Positions 34,057 to 44,838 are shown, counted from the first letter of the stretch. The stretch: 64,000 nt of DNA from Deltaproteobacteria bacterium (GCA_016219015.1 JACRCL010000031.1:22159-86158); one strand, 5' to 3'. Numbers and translations: made by a program. Notes: generated by a model not told the origin, from the sequence alone.

Positions 34057-35853
34057 ATGCCAAGAGAATCCGCCAACCACCTCAAAGGGGAGAAGAGCCC
34101 ATACCTCCGGCAGCACGCGTTGAACCCGGTTGACTGGTACCCGTGGTCTGAGGAGGCGCTACGGAGGGCGAAGGAAGAGGACAGGCCCATTATCCTGAGC
34201 ATCGGGTACTCGACCTGCCACTGGTGCCACGTTATGGAAAGTGAGTCTTTTGAGGACGATGAGGTGGCCAGGATAATGAACGAGAATTTCATCAATATAA
34301 AGGTGGACAGGGAGGAAAGGCCCGACCTCGACAGCCTGTACATGAAGGCGGTCCAGGCGATGACAGGGCACGGGGGCTGGCCGCTTACGGTATTTACCAC
34401 CCCCGAAGGCGCGCCCTTCTACGGGGGGTCGTACTTCCCGCCGGAGGACAGCTTCGGCCTGCCTTCCTTCAAGAAGGTACTCCTTGCCGTGAGCCTCGCC
34501 TACAAGAAGAACAAGAAGCAGATAAGCGCGGTAACGGGCGACATAGAGCAGGTCCTCAAGCAGAGGACGGTTATCTCCCCCATAGAGCTGAAGGCCGGCA
34601 TTTCGGACGCGGCGTACGACGCGGCGCGGCTCTTCTTCGACCCGGTAAACGGCGGCTTCGGCCGCGGCACGAAGTTCCCGCACTCGATGTTCCTCATGTT
34701 CCTCCTCAAATACAGCAGGCGCACCGGGCAGGAAGAGGCGATGGCCATATTGAGGAAGACCCTTTCCAACATGGCGGCCGGGGGGATATACGACCATATC
34801 GGCGGCGGGTTCCACAGGTACTCGGTCGATGAGCGCTGGGAGATACCGCACTTCGAGAAGATGCTCTACGACAACGCCCTGCTGGCAGACCTGTATACCC
34901 GCGCGTACGAGAGGACGGGCGTAGAGTTCTACAGGGAGGTGGCCCTGGAGACCCTGGCCTATATGCTCACGGACCTGAGGGACGGGGACGGCGGGTTCTA
35001 CTCGGCGCAGGACGCCGACGTGCGGGGCGAGGAAGGCGTATATTACCTCTGGGGCTATGACGAGATAAAATCCGCCCTCGGCGCGGATGCCGGAGGGTTC
35101 CTGAAATACTTCTCGGTGACCGAGGACGGCAATTACGAAAACAGGAACATGCTGAGGATAAACCCCGCGCAGAAGGGCCCCGAGGCTTCAGTCTCGCCCG
35201 AGATGAAAAAACTGAAGGAAACGCTCCTGAAGATAAGGCGTGAAAGGACGCCCCCTGACACGGACCGTAAGATAATAACGGCATGGAACGGCCTCGCGGT
35301 CTCGGCCCTCTGCCGGGCGGGCAAGGCGTTCAAGAGGCCCGACCTTATCGAAGAGGCGAAAAGGTGCGCCGGGTTCCTGCTGAGCGAGAACAGGGACGGC
35401 TCGGGGAGGTGGCTCCGGTATTCGCTTGACGGCAGGGCCGACGTGAAGGCGACCCTCGAGGACTACGGCCTTCTCGGAGCCGCGCTCGTCTCTCTCCACG
35501 AGGCCGCTAAAGAGGGGACCTGGCTCGATGAGGCCAAAAACATAACCGACGGGATGATAGAGCTTTTCTACGACGACCCGGAGGGGCTCTTCTTCGACAC
35601 CGGCAAAGACCAGGAAAAACTCTTCGTAAGGGAGCGGGACCTATTCGATAACGACATACCTTCCGGCAATTCGGCGGCCGCCGGACTGCTCCTTGATGCT
35701 TCAAGGCTTGCCGATAACAGGCGCTACAGGGAACTCTCCGAAGGCATCATCCGCTCGGTTGAGGGGATAACCGACGAGCCTCTCTACTACGGGAACTTCC
35801 TGAGCGTGCTTGAGTCCTTCCTGAGGGAAGGAGAGGCGGCGGACAGGCACTGA
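34057..35853 (+). CDS. thioredoxin-domain protein YyaL/DUF255 family (N-terminal thioredoxin-like domain plus (alpha/alpha)6 N-acylglucosamine-2-epimerase-like domain)
   Basis: [15 protein letters not shown] (CxxC) and the C-terminal six-hairpin glycosidase-like fold. Confidence 0.8.
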   Translation: MPRESANHLKGEKSPYLRQHALNPVDWYPWSEEALRRAKEEDRPIILSIGYSTCHWCHVMESESFEDDEVARIMNENFINIKVDREERPDLDSLYMKAVQAMTGHGGWPLTVFTTPEGAPFYGGSYFPPEDSFGLPSFKKVLLAVSLAYKKNKKQISAVTGDIEQVLKQRTVISPIELKAGISDAAYDAARLFFDPVNGGFGRGTKFPHSMFLMFLLKYSRRTGQEEAMAILRKTLSNMAAGGIYDHIGGGFHRYSVDERWEIPHFEKMLYDNALLADLYTRAYERTGVEFYREVALETLAYMLTDLRDGDGGFYSAQDADVRGEEGVYYLWGYDEIKSALGADAGGFLKYFSVTEDGNYENRNMLRINPAQKGPEASVSPEMKKLKETLLKIRRERTPPDTDRKIITAWNGLAVSALCRAGKAFKRPDLIEEAKRCAGFLLSENRDGSGRWLRYSLDGRADVKATLEDYGLLGAALVSLHEAAKEGTWLDEAKNITDGMIELFYDDPEGLFFDTGKDQEKLFVRERDLFDNDIPSGNSAAAGLLLDASRLADNRRYRELSEGIIRSVEGITDEPLYYGNFLSVLESFLREGEAADRH

Positions 35854-35894
35854 AAAGACTGCCGGGCCGCCTGCCGCAGTCCGGCTTATCCATT

Positions 35895-37118
35895 CTACGC
35901 CTTCGCCGTCTCCATATTGTCCTCCTCCACGGCCGCCTTCAACCTTTCGAGCACGCCGGGTATGGCGGATATGACCCTGTTCCAGTTCGGTATTAGGGGC
36001 GCGCCCAGCGGGTTGTCCATGATGGCCTTTGCCGCGGCCGATATGGCGTTGGTGAAGGCGTCTACGGTCATCGCCTCCTCGTGCCTGTCAAACCTCAGCC
36101 CGTTTATGGCCGCGTCCCCCTCGTACCTCATTATCGTGTCCTCCGCGAACCTCAAGTAAGCCACCACGAGCGTTTTGAAGAACGCCTCGGAGAAGACCAG
36201 CCCTTCGGACGAAAGGGTCCTGAAAAGGGTCTTGGCTATGTCTATGCTCATCTTCATGAGCCCCGTGGAAGGGTCTTCAGCGGACAGCGCCTGGTGCTTG
36301 TGCTCATAGTTCTCCGAGATGTCTACCTGGCAGACCCGCTTGGCCGAGTAGTTCCTGTAGACCTCGCTCAGGACGCCCACCTCGAGCCCCCAGTCCCACG
36401 GAATGCGGTTGACCCTGGCGAGGTCTATGACCATGCTGAACTCGCCGGACAACGGGTACCTGAAGCTGTCGAGGAACTCAAGGAAAGCGTGGCCTCCGAC
36501 CATCTTCTGCAAGGCCCGCACTATAGGCGTGAGGAATAGCCTCGTGACCCTGCCGTGGAGCTTGTCCGTGACCCGAGCGTAGTAGCCCTTGCAGAAGACG
36601 TAATCGAGCGTGGGGTTCGCGACCGGGTAGCAGAGCCTGCCGAGGAGGTCGAGGTCGTAATTCATGATGTCGCAGTCGTGGAGGGCTATTATGCTGGACT
36701 TCCCGCTGGCGAGCACGTACCCGTAGGACGTCCAGGCCGACCTCCCTTTGCCGTCCTGCCCGGCGCTCACGCCGTTTTCCTCGAACGTCCTGTATATCTC
36801 CTGAAGCCTCCTGCCCTTCGTGTGTATTATCTTAACGTCCTGCGGGAGCGCGGACATTATCTCCTTCACGTGGCGGAACTCGTCATTCGTTGCGGGCCCA
36901 AGCGCGAGGACGACCTCGTTTATGAACCGGGCCCCTTTAAGCCTTTCGATTATCCCCTCCATGGCCTCGCTTACGACGTCCGGGTAGAGCGCCGGGAGTA
37001 TGAGCGCTATGGGCCGCACCCTGCCGTAGAGCTCCAGCTCGGCGATGAGCTTTTCCGTCTTTGGCCTGCCGAGCCTGTGGAGCGTGGCGACCATCGCCGG
37101 ATGATAGAAGTCAGCCAT
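35895..37118 (-). CDS. retaining GT-A glycosyltransferase of the mannosylglycerate / glucosyl-3-phosphoglycerate synthase type (GT78/GT81-like)
   Basis: Pattern GKGRSAWTSYGYVL...IIALHDCDIMNY (like GKGDGM...FYDADITSF of MgS/GpgS). GRVTRLFLTPIVRAL. PLSGEFSM (like PLGGELLM). Architecture-level match, recalled from memory. Confidence 0.55.
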   Translation of the reverse strand: MADFYHPAMVATLHRLGRPKTEKLIAELELYGRVRPIALILPALYPDVVSEAMEGIIERLKGARFINEVVLALGPATNDEFRHVKEIMSALPQDVKIIHTKGRRLQEIYRTFEENGVSAGQDGKGRSAWTSYGYVLASGKSSIIALHDCDIMNYDLDLLGRLCYPVANPTLDYVFCKGYYARVTDKLHGRVTRLFLTPIVRALQKMVGGHAFLEFLDSFRYPLSGEFSMVIDLARVNRIPWDWGLEVGVLSEVYRNYSAKRVCQVDISENYEHKHQALSAEDPSTGLMKMSIDIAKTLFRTLSSEGLVFSEAFFKTLVVAYLRFAEDTIMRYEGDAAINGLRFDRHEEAMTVDAFTNAISAAAKAIMDNPLGAPLIPNWNRVISAIPGVLERLKAAVEEDNMETAKA

Positions 37119-37211
37119 GGATAGCCTCTCTGCGCGGGCCTGTGAAATCGTCCAAAAGCCGCTGACGGGCTTTTACAAACTTTAGGGAAGCTCTGATTAA
37201 TTATGTTTCCT

Positions 37212-37300
37212 TGTCATTCTGAGGGAGCTTTAGCGACCGAAGAATCCCGTGACTTCTGATTTGTCTATATGCGAGATTCTTCGCTGCGCTCAGAATGACA
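37212..37300. repeat. MITE-like inverted-repeat element family A copy 2
   Basis: TGTCATTCTGAGGGAGCTTTAGCGACCGAAGAATC...GATTCTTCGCTGCGCTCAGAATGACA. Lies in the mscS-GT intergenic region. Confidence 0.8.
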
Positions 37301-37423
37301 CGCGGTTATGAATTAACCAGAGGTTACTTGGAGATACTTTTAGAGGATAATTGGGATATCGCGGGCTGTCAAGCCGGGGGGCTAAGCGGGAGGCTGATTT
37401 TGATCTATGCCGAAATTGCGAGC

Positions 37424-37462
37424 GACGAAGACAACGAAGCAGATGGACTTTTTGGGCAGCCT
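37424..37462 (+). repeat. repeat family D copy 1 (GACGAAGACAACgAAGCAGATGGACTTTTTgggCAGCCT)
   Basis: 92% identical to 50201-50239. Related 30-nt motif ACGCAGATGGGCGTTTTTCAGCATAAAA at 62768 and 62925. Confidence 0.75.
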
Positions 37463-38506
37463 CTAATCCCTTATCTGGACTGTCTTTATTGGGAAGGGTA
37501 TCTCCATCCCTTCCTGCCTGAACCTCTTGAAGATGCGTTTGATCAGCTCGTTCTGGACAGGGGCGCGGTCCGTGTACCCGGCAACATGGCATACCAGCGT
37601 GAACTCGAGCCACGCGTCGCCGATGCTGAAGATAACGCCCGGGGCCGGCTCGGAAAGGAGCCCCTTCACGGCGCCGGAGGCCCTTACGGCCTCGTCCTTC
37701 AATACGGACTCCACCCTGTCAGGGTCGGCGTCTATCCCGGCCCTCACCTTGACAACGGCCGTGGTGCGCCTCTCGGGCATGCAGTAGTTGGTTATTATGG
37801 ACTGCGAGAGCTTGTTGTTGGGGACTATTATCAGGTTGTTCGAAAGCTCCCGTATCTTCGTCGTCCTCCAGCCGATATCGGCCACGTGCCCCTCCTCGCC
37901 GGAGGCGAGTTTTATGTAGTCGCCGAGCCTTATCGATTTTTCCGCCAGTATATGCATGCCCGAAAATAAGTTTGAAAGTGTGTCCTGCAGCGCGAGGGCC
38001 ACGGCGAGGCCGCCCACGCCCAGGGCCGTCAATAGCGGGGTTATGGATATGCCGAGGCTGTTCAAGACTATGAGGAACCCTATCGCGAAGATGACGGCCT
38101 TCATCACTGTGCGCGACAGGCCCGTAAGAGGGGCGCTCATGGTGGACTTCTCCACCGCGCCCTGCACGGCCCTCGATCTTATGTTCGCGGCCGCCAGAGT
38201 TACCGAAAGGATTATGAGCACGTAGAGGACCGACAGGCCGTAATTGACGTACTTCGCCGGGAAGGGGGAGGTGTCGAGCGCGATATAAAGGCCTACGGCA
38301 AGCGCCCAGAATATGGACGGGTGCTTGAGGGACTCGATTATTATGTCGTCGAGCTGCGTTTCCGTCTTCTTCGCCCACCTGTGGAAATAGCCGAAGGCCG
38401 CCTTCCTCGCTATGAGGAGGACTATGGACGAGCCTATGAATACGGCTGAGAAGATCAGATAGGCCTTGATGGTATCGGCGTCCGCGTGGATCGATATGCC
38501 CTGCAT
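37463..38506 (-). CDS. mscS: small-conductance mechanosensitive channel (MscS family)
   Basis: MscS core (pore-lining TM3 GVGGLAVALALQDTLSNLFSG, beta-domain GDYIKL...GHVADIGWRTTKIREL...NNLIIVPNSKL-like). Confidence 0.85.
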   Translation of the reverse strand: MQGISIHADADTIKAYLIFSAVFIGSSIVLLIARKAAFGYFHRWAKKTETQLDDIIIESLKHPSIFWALAVGLYIALDTSPFPAKYVNYGLSVLYVLIILSVTLAAANIRSRAVQGAVEKSTMSAPLTGLSRTVMKAVIFAIGFLIVLNSLGISITPLLTALGVGGLAVALALQDTLSNLFSGMHILAEKSIRLGDYIKLASGEEGHVADIGWRTTKIRELSNNLIIVPNNKLSQSIITNYCMPERRTTAVVKVRAGIDADPDRVESVLKDEAVRASGAVKGLLSEPAPGVIFSIGDAWLEFTLVCHVAGYTDRAPVQNELIKRIFKRFRQEGMEIPFPIKTVQIRD

Positions 38507-38577
38507 TTCTCCGCCTTCGGGATAAGATTATACTGCCCCGGAATTATATACTTTACGGGCGCGCGAATCAACCCGCA

Positions 38578-39282
38578 TCAGAGCATGTCTATCGTATCCT
38601 TCGTATCCTTCTCGCGCTTCCTCTTTACGAGGTATTCTATCAGCTCCCTCGCGGAGTCCCTCGCACCGAGCCCGAACGCGAGCGCGAGGGCCAGGGCTAT
38701 CGCGCCGAAGGCTATGGAGAAGGCGGCGAAGACTATCCTCGGGGCTATGGAGAGCTGTTCGAGGGCCATCGCGGTAATGAGTATGAGGAGCATCAATCTT
38801 ACGGATGATGCTACGAGCCTCGATGACTGGACCCCGGCGTTTACCGCGGCCAGCAGGGCGGCCCTTGCGAGGAAGCCCGCGAAGAAGTACCCGAAGACGA
38901 GGAGCAGGAGCGCCGAGAAGAACCTCGGCAGGTACATGAAGAATATCTCTATCAGCCTGTTGGCGGTCTCGATCCCGAGCGAGCCGAGCCCGGCCATGAA
39001 AAACATCAATATCACCAGCCAGTAGGTGAAAAGGATTATGAACTCACCCGGAGGGGTCCATATCCCGCTTATGCGGAAGGCTGATGAAAGCCCCACCTCC
39101 TCGCTCCAGCTTTCAAATTTTATCGCCCTGAAGACCCTTCGGAGCAGGAACTTTACAATGGAGGCGAGTATGAAGCCCAGCCCCGCTATTATGAGCATCA
39201 CGAGCAGACCCGGTATGAAGCCCGTCGCCTTCCCGTAGAATACCTTAAGGTGCTCCATTATCTCGCCAGCAAGCCTGTCCAT
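38578..39282 (-). CDS. membrane protein with conserved-TM-helix repeats (MscS-associated TM_helix family), hypothetical
   Basis: 234 aa with repeated amphipathic/TM helices. Adjacent to mscS. Weak family assignment. Confidence 0.45.
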   Translation of the reverse strand: MDRLAGEIMEHLKVFYGKATGFIPGLLVMLIIAGLGFILASIVKFLLRRVFRAIKFESWSEEVGLSSAFRISGIWTPPGEFIILFTYWLVILMFFMAGLGSLGIETANRLIEIFFMYLPRFFSALLLLVFGYFFAGFLARAALLAAVNAGVQSSRLVASSVRLMLLILITAMALEQLSIAPRIVFAAFSIAFGAIALALALAFGLGARDSARELIEYLVKRKREKDTKDTIDML

Positions 39283-39298
39283 AAGCTCACCCCCTTTT

Positions 39299-40564
39299 TT
39301 ACCAGCGCTCCAGAAGATATCCCTTCTGCCTTTCGTATTCCTCGCACACCCTCTCGACCTCGTCCTCGGCCTCGTCGTCGCTCATCTCGGCGACCTCGAG
39401 GAAGAACGACGCCGTCCTGCCGAAATACAGCGGCAGGAGCGACTTAAGGAGGTGCTCTTCCGGCAATTTCCTGTGGCAAGAGGCGAGGATGAAGTCGTAC
39501 ACTATCCGTGCCCAGAGGGCCTTCGGGAACCTGAACCCGTGGGTATCCTTTTGGGATATCTCCTCAAGCGCGTCTATGATATCCCTTGCGATGAACCGCT
39601 CCCAGACCTCCTTCAGGTTGGACACCCCCACCCTGAAGTCCGCGAGCATCCTCCCCATGTCAGCCTTTACGGGCACGACCCCGACCGAGTATTTGAACCC
39701 GAAGGTCGGCACGTCGGAGGCGTCCCTTATCTCCTTCCACTCCCTGTAATGTTTCTCGGTTAGGGAGAAGAGCGACCCCACGACCTGGACGAACATCTCC
39801 CTCAGGTCCGCCCCCGGGTCCTTGGGGTCGTGTATCTTGGCGCCGAGGTAAGACTGGCAGACCTTGAACCTGTTAGCGAGCGCCTCGGTCGTCATCCAGA
39901 TGTCTATCCCGAACCGGGCCACGTCCGTCTGCCAGACGTCCTGGGCGAGGTAGAACCCGGCCATCCTGCCGGAGAACCCGAACTCTCCGCCTATGGGCTG
40001 GCGTATCTTCCTGCCGTACAGGGCCCTTGTCACGGGGTATATGATGGAGTTGGTTATGGTGCCGTCGTACCTGTGCCTCGAATAGAGCGGGGCGACGAAG
40101 TCGAACCCTTCGTTCAGCACCGGGGCTATCAAGAGCTCTATCCATTCCGGGGTTATGGACCGGAGGTCCGCGTCGACGACGCAGCAGGCCTTTGCCCCGA
40201 GCGAGAGGGCGGAGCTGAATATGGCCCGAAACGCGCTGCCTTTTCCGGGTATGCCGTGGTATGGGGTCGAGATGCGGTTTATGGCCGTGAGCCTGTGTGG
40301 CAGGAATATGGCCTTGTGGTCGAGCGTGGCCTTCAGTACCGCGTCCGGGGTGCTGTCCGTGGAGCCCCCGTCCGAGTTTATAATGACCGACCTCTCGCGC
40401 GGGAAGTATTTGCCGAGCCCTGCGTCGACCGCGTTCACCACGTGGCCTATGGTCTTTGAGTTGTTGTAGCTCGCTATCCCGACTATTATGTCCGCCTGGC
40501 CCTGGGGAGCCCTCTTCGCCCCCGCCTCGCCGGAAGCTGCCGGAGTCTGATGCATTTGGGTCAT
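39299..40564 (-). CDS. GT-A (GT2/GT81-like) glycosyltransferase, glucosyl-3-phosphoglycerate-synthase-related
   Basis: IVGIASYNNSKTIGHVV, SDGGSTDST, GKGSAF...CVVDADL, GGEFGFS. Start taken at MTQMHQT (40564) to avoid a 96-nt overlap with the HAD phosphatase gene. Confidence 0.6.
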   Translation of the reverse strand: MTQMHQTPAASGEAGAKRAPQGQADIIVGIASYNNSKTIGHVVNAVDAGLGKYFPRERSVIINSDGGSTDSTPDAVLKATLDHKAIFLPHRLTAINRISTPYHGIPGKGSAFRAIFSSALSLGAKACCVVDADLRSITPEWIELLIAPVLNEGFDFVAPLYSRHRYDGTITNSIIYPVTRALYGRKIRQPIGGEFGFSGRMAGFYLAQDVWQTDVARFGIDIWMTTEALANRFKVCQSYLGAKIHDPKDPGADLREMFVQVVGSLFSLTEKHYREWKEIRDASDVPTFGFKYSVGVVPVKADMGRMLADFRVGVSNLKEVWERFIARDIIDALEEISQKDTHGFRFPKALWARIVYDFILASCHRKLPEEHLLKSLLPLYFGRTASFFLEVAEMSDDEAEDEVERVCEEYERQKGYLLERW

Positions 40565-40590
40565 CCCCGCCTTTTTTGGACCGGCCCGGC

Positions 40591-41421
40591 TCAGCAGGCG
40601 CGCCTTATCGAGGCGTTTATCGAATCGAGTATGCCGTTTACGGCCTTGCCCCACCCTTCGGGGCCGACGCCGTCGGCCCTTATGCACTCGACTGACGTAA
40701 TCTCCTCGAAGCTCCCGTCCTCCTTCTTTACCAGCACCGGGTAGTCCGCCTCCCTGAAAAGGGGCTCGTCATTGAGGTCATTCCCGACGGCTATGAAGAC
40801 AACGTCCGCGTAAAGGGCCCTGTAGTACCTCTTCAGCACCCTTGCGGCCGCGCCCTTGTCGTGCCTGCCGAGGATGTGGTAGAACCTGCCCCTGGTCCAG
40901 TTAAACCCCTTCTCCTCGATAAGCCTCAGAAGCTCCTCCTTTACTCCCGCCTCTTCCTTTACGCCCTCGAACACGAAAGGCTCGTCGAAGTCCCTCTTCT
41001 TGGCAAACTCCGCCTCTTCGAGGCTCAGGCCCGTAAGCCCGGCTATCTCAAAGGCGTCCATGTCGCCGAAGCCTTTTACCCTTGCATTGAGGCTCGCGCG
41101 GATATCGATGAGCGCGGCCCTGACCTCTTCGTAGGGCCTGCCGAGGCTTATCACCTCGTAGCCTTCGGCCCTCATCCTCGTCCCCGCGTGGAAATAACCC
41201 GCTGGGATGAAGATGCCCCCGCCGTTCTCCGAGATGAAGGGGTGGTTGTTGCCGAGCTTCCGCCTTATGGGCTCTATCTCCGCCCGTGTCCTGCTCGAAG
41301 TTATCACGAGCGGGACGCCCTCTGCCCTGACCCTGTCAAGCGCCCCCCTCGCCGCCTCGAAGGAGTAGTCCCTCGGGTGCAGCAGCGTGCCGTCGAGGTC
41401 CGTGAATATAACGGCCTTCAT
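40591..41421 (-). CDS. HAD-IIB phosphatase, mannosyl-/glucosyl-3-phosphoglycerate phosphatase (MpgP/YedP) family
   Basis: MKAVIFTDLDGTLL at the N-terminus, GNDLNDEPLF motif IV and the Cof/YedP cap architecture. Confidence 0.7.
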   Translation of the reverse strand: MKAVIFTDLDGTLLHPRDYSFEAARGALDRVRAEGVPLVITSSRTRAEIEPIRRKLGNNHPFISENGGGIFIPAGYFHAGTRMRAEGYEVISLGRPYEEVRAALIDIRASLNARVKGFGDMDAFEIAGLTGLSLEEAEFAKKRDFDEPFVFEGVKEEAGVKEELLRLIEEKGFNWTRGRFYHILGRHDKGAAARVLKRYYRALYADVVFIAVGNDLNDEPLFREADYPVLVKKEDGSFEEITSVECIRADGVGPEGWGKAVNGILDSINASIRRAC

Positions 41422-42419
41422 GAGCGCTCCCTTGAAAGGAAATAGACGTTCAGCGCGCCGAGCGCGAGTATCGCGAGAGAACCCCACCCGAACCTCAGGA
41501 AGGCCCTTTTTCCGGGACGGCTTATGATGCCTATGAGCGCAACAGACGTCATGAGTATCGCCATGAGCCCCGTGACCGCGTGGGCCCCGGAGATATTTGA
41601 AAGGAGCGGGCCCTTCAGGAAGAATACGTCGTCTACTGCAAGGAGCGCCATGTTGAACATGTTGCTCCCGAGGAGGTTGCCGATAGCGAGGTCGTGGGCG
41701 CCTATGCGGATTGCCGAAAAGGACACCGCCATCTCCGGCAGTGTCGTGACTAACGCCACGAATACCGTACCCATGAAGGTCTTCCCCAGACCGGAGGCGT
41801 CCGACAGGCCAGAGGCCAGGAACGGCAATATCGAGGCCGCCCCGATGACGGCCAGGGCGTTCAGGGAGTACATGAAAACCGCCTTTTTCGCGGATACGTG
41901 CGGGTACAGGACTTTTTCAACATCCGCCGCAAATTTTTTAAGGACATTTTTCTCATACAGATAAACGAGCCTTACGCCAAATATATAGACATATATAATC
42001 AGGGGCGTATAAAGGCCGATATGATAAACCGACGGGATAACCGGCCCTGCCATTATGGAGACGGACGCCTTTCCCAATAGCGCTATCCCGAAAGCCGAGG
42101 AAAGGAGGTGCGATTGTCCGGCCTTCCGGAATACCGGGCTGCCTTTGTCCATGGGGTCGAGGAGCGCGAGCGTAATAAGGTTGAATACGCACGCGCCCAT
42201 GAGGTCCCCTGCCGCGATGTCCGGCGCGCCGGCGATAGTGACGGAGCTTATCCCGTTTACGAATTCCGGCAGGGAGGTCACCGTTGCCAGTAACACCATC
42301 CCTGTCCAGGCCCTGCCGAGGCCGGCCTTCTCCGCTATGACGTCGCCGTACCTCGAAAGGCCGATGCCGGCGGCTATTATCACCACGGCACACAATATGA
42401 ACCCGGACAGAAGTAGCAC
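41418..42419 (-). CDS. Ca2+/Na+ antiporter, CaCA family (YrbG-like)
   Basis: Two alpha-repeats with GSSLPEL-like motifs (ATVTSLPEFVNG ... LVTTLPEMAVS). Confidence 0.8.
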   Translation of the reverse strand: MLLLSGFILCAVVIIAAGIGLSRYGDVIAEKAGLGRAWTGMVLLATVTSLPEFVNGISSVTIAGAPDIAAGDLMGACVFNLITLALLDPMDKGSPVFRKAGQSHLLSSAFGIALLGKASVSIMAGPVIPSVYHIGLYTPLIIYVYIFGVRLVYLYEKNVLKKFAADVEKVLYPHVSAKKAVFMYSLNALAVIGAASILPFLASGLSDASGLGKTFMGTVFVALVTTLPEMAVSFSAIRIGAHDLAIGNLLGSNMFNMALLAVDDVFFLKGPLLSNISGAHAVTGLMAILMTSVALIGIISRPGKRAFLRFGWGSLAILALGALNVYFLSRERS

Positions 42420-42514
42420 TCTCGCCCTCGTTACACCCTATAACTATAAATATGGCATAAGATTACGGGGTGTCAATAACGCCGCGGTTGACTTACGGCC
42501 CGGTTGAAATTAAA

Positions 42515-43354
42515 ATGTGTGGGATGGCAAGTACCTTTAGATATATCCTGACGCTGTCTTTCATCGCCTGCCTTTCCGTATGCCTTCCCGGCCGCGCGGC
42601 GGCCTTCGCGGTCAACGGGCCGGAGGACGTGCCCGGCTATGTAGTGGTTATCGACGCGGGCCACGGGGGAGACGATAAGGGCGCCATAGGGCCTGACGGC
42701 ATGGAAGAGAAGGACGTCACACTGAGCCTCGCCATGAAGCTCGCGGAGGCTCTAAGGCCATCAGGCTTCCACGTCCTCCTTACAAGGACCGAAGACGTCT
42801 TTACCCCTCTTGAGGAGAGGACGGCCTTCGCCAACAGGAACGGGGCTGACCTGTTCGTGAGCATCCACGCCAACGCCGCGGTCTCAAGGGAGGCGAACGG
42901 CATAGAGACGTTCTTCCTGAACTTCGAGTCCACGGACGAGGACGCCCGGAGGGTGGCGGCCTTCGAGAACAACGCGCCCCTGATGGTAAGGAACGCCTCG
43001 GAGGGAGACGGCGACCTCAAGGACATACTGCTCGACCTGGAAAATACCGAGGCCCACCATGAAAGTTCGAGGCTCGCCGAGGCCGTGCACACAAACATGC
43101 TCAAGTTTTCCGCCGGCAGCGAGAACAGGGGCATAAAGCAGGCGCCGTTTACCGTACTCGTGGGAGCGACGATGCCCGCGATACTCGTGGAGGCGGGGTT
43201 CATCTCGAACCCGAAGGAGGAAAAGCGGCTTGCCTCGAGGAAGTGGCAGGAGAAGATGGCCGCCGCGATAGCCGAAGGGATACTCGGATATAAAAAATCT
43301 TTTGATGGAGGAGGCAGCTTTGTCGGCGTCAAGGAAAGCGTTCACAAGAACTGA
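42515..43354 (+). CDS. N-acetylmuramoyl-L-alanine amidase (Amidase_3, AmiC-like) with signal peptide
   Basis: [16 protein letters not shown] ... [10 protein letters not shown] ... ETFFLN. The start among the three in-frame ATGs 42470/42515/42524 is ambiguous. Confidence 0.8.
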   Translation: MCGMASTFRYILTLSFIACLSVCLPGRAAAFAVNGPEDVPGYVVVIDAGHGGDDKGAIGPDGMEEKDVTLSLAMKLAEALRPSGFHVLLTRTEDVFTPLEERTAFANRNGADLFVSIHANAAVSREANGIETFFLNFESTDEDARRVAAFENNAPLMVRNASEGDGDLKDILLDLENTEAHHESSRLAEAVHTNMLKFSAGSENRGIKQAPFTVLVGATMPAILVEAGFISNPKEEKRLASRKWQEKMAAAIAEGILGYKKSFDGGGSFVGVKESVHKN

Positions 43355-44060
43355 CGGGAGGGCGCTCGATGACCTCCGCCCGGTGGCGATAAAGAGGGAC
43401 TTTTTGAAGTTCGCCGAAGGCTCGGTCCTCATAGCGATGGGGGACACGAAGGTAATATGCGCGGCCACGGTCGAGGAGAAGGTGCCGCCCTTCCTGCAGG
43501 GCACCGGCAGGGGCTGGCTCACGGCCGAATACTCGATGCTCCCGAGGTCCTCGAAGAAACGGGTGCAGAGGGAGGCGGCCTCCGGGAAGATAGGCGGAAG
43601 GACGCACGAGATACAGAGGCTCATAGGCAGGAGCCTCCGGGCGGTAGCGGACCTGTCGGCCCTCGGCGAAAGGACCGTCTATATCGACTGCGACGTGATA
43701 CAGGCCGACGGGGGCACGAGGACGGCCTCGATAACCGGCGCGTTCGTGGCCGTCTACGACACGCTCGACCTGTTGATCTCCGAGGGGGCCATAACCTCGA
43801 TGCCCCTTCTCGATTCCGTCGCCGCGGTAAGCGTGGGCGTCATAGACGGCAGGCCCATGCTGGACCTGTCCTACGAGGAGGACTCCAGGGCCGGCGTGGA
43901 CATGAACGTCATAATGACCGGGAGCGGGAAGTTCGTGGAGGTCCAGGGCACGGCCGAGCTTGCCGCCTTCTCAAGGGAGGAGATGTCGTCCATGCTCGAC
44001 CTCGCGGCAAAGGGCATAGGCGAGCTCATAAAGATACAGAAAGGCGCGCTCAAGCCCTGA
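43302..44060 (+). CDS. rph: ribonuclease PH
   Basis: Near-colinear with E. coli Rph ([71 protein letters not shown]). Alternative TTG start at 43320 after GGAGGAGG. Confidence 0.9.
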   Translation: MMEEAALSASRKAFTRTDGRALDDLRPVAIKRDFLKFAEGSVLIAMGDTKVICAATVEEKVPPFLQGTGRGWLTAEYSMLPRSSKKRVQREAASGKIGGRTHEIQRLIGRSLRAVADLSALGERTVYIDCDVIQADGGTRTASITGAFVAVYDTLDLLISEGAITSMPLLDSVAAVSVGVIDGRPMLDLSYEEDSRAGVDMNVIMTGSGKFVEVQGTAELAAFSREEMSSMLDLAAKGIGELIKIQKGALKP

Positions 44061-44650
44061 TGGCGCTTAAGGTCGTAATAGCCACCAGGAACAGGGGAAA
44101 GATATCCGAGATAAAGACCATCCTCAAAGACCTCTCTTTGGAGCTCCTTTCGCTCGACGACTTCCCGCAGATAAAGCTCCCTCCCGAGGAAGGTAATACC
44201 TTCGAGGAGAACGCTTTGGCCAAGGCCCGTTATGTCGCGTCCATCACGGACCTGCCCGCCCTTGCCGACGATTCGGGGCTCGAGGTAGACGCGTTGAACG
44301 GCAGGCCCGGCGTCTGCTCCGCGCGGTACGCCGGGGAGGGCTCGACCGACAGGGAAAACTATTTGAAACTATTATCAGAGCTCAAGGGGATAGGGGACAG
44401 GCGCGCGCGTTTCAGGTGCGTCATAGCCTTCGTTGACCCCCGGAAAGGGGACAGGACCTTCGAGGGCGTTTTCGAAGGCGTCGTAGCCGAAGCCCCGCGA
44501 GGCCACAGGGGCTTCGGCTACGACCCCGTCTTTTTAGTGCCGCACAAGAACAGGACCGTAGCCGAGCTGACCGACGGGGAGAAGAACTCGATAAGCCACC
44601 GCGCCGGGGCCCTTAAGAGGTTCAGGGAGTGGATGGAGGGCGCGGGATAG
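44060..44650 (+). CDS. rdgB: dITP/XTP pyrophosphatase (RdgB/Ham1)
   Basis: [19 protein letters not shown] ... ADDSGLEVDALNGRPGVCSARYAG ... FGYDPVF. The ATG overlaps the rph stop (TGATG). The ORF-track ORF 43457..44650 is an in-frame upstream run-on lacking a stop. Confidence 0.9.
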   Translation: MALKVVIATRNRGKISEIKTILKDLSLELLSLDDFPQIKLPPEEGNTFEENALAKARYVASITDLPALADDSGLEVDALNGRPGVCSARYAGEGSTDRENYLKLLSELKGIGDRRARFRCVIAFVDPRKGDRTFEGVFEGVVAEAPRGHRGFGYDPVFLVPHKNRTVAELTDGEKNSISHRAGALKRFREWMEGAG

Positions 44651-44809
44651 GTCCTCTTTGTTATTTCAATTTTGCAAACCGAACCCGCATGTCGCGTTTT
44701 TCTTTTACTTAGAATCAGTTTTAGGGCCTCTCAAAACAGACCCGTCCGCATGTCCCGCCTGACCGCCTCTTCCACTAAAATTTTTAGAAAATTTTTTCCC
44801 CAAAACGGC

Positions 44810-44838
44810 TTGACAACAATAAAATCGTCCATTAGACT
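44810..44838 (+). promoter_or_regulatory. putative sigma70 promoter of cspA (TTGACA-N17-TAGACT) with an ~105-nt 5' UTR
   Basis: ggcTTGACAacaataaaatcgtccatTAGACTtact. A long leader is typical for cold-shock genes. Confidence 0.45.

Noticed and set aside
43457-44650. 397-aa ORF with an extremely Arg/Gly/His-rich N-terminal 200 aa
   Set aside because: Only the last 196 codons (from the ATG at 44060 overlapping the rph stop) encode RdgB/Ham1. The upstream part is the rph coding region read in another frame without a stop.
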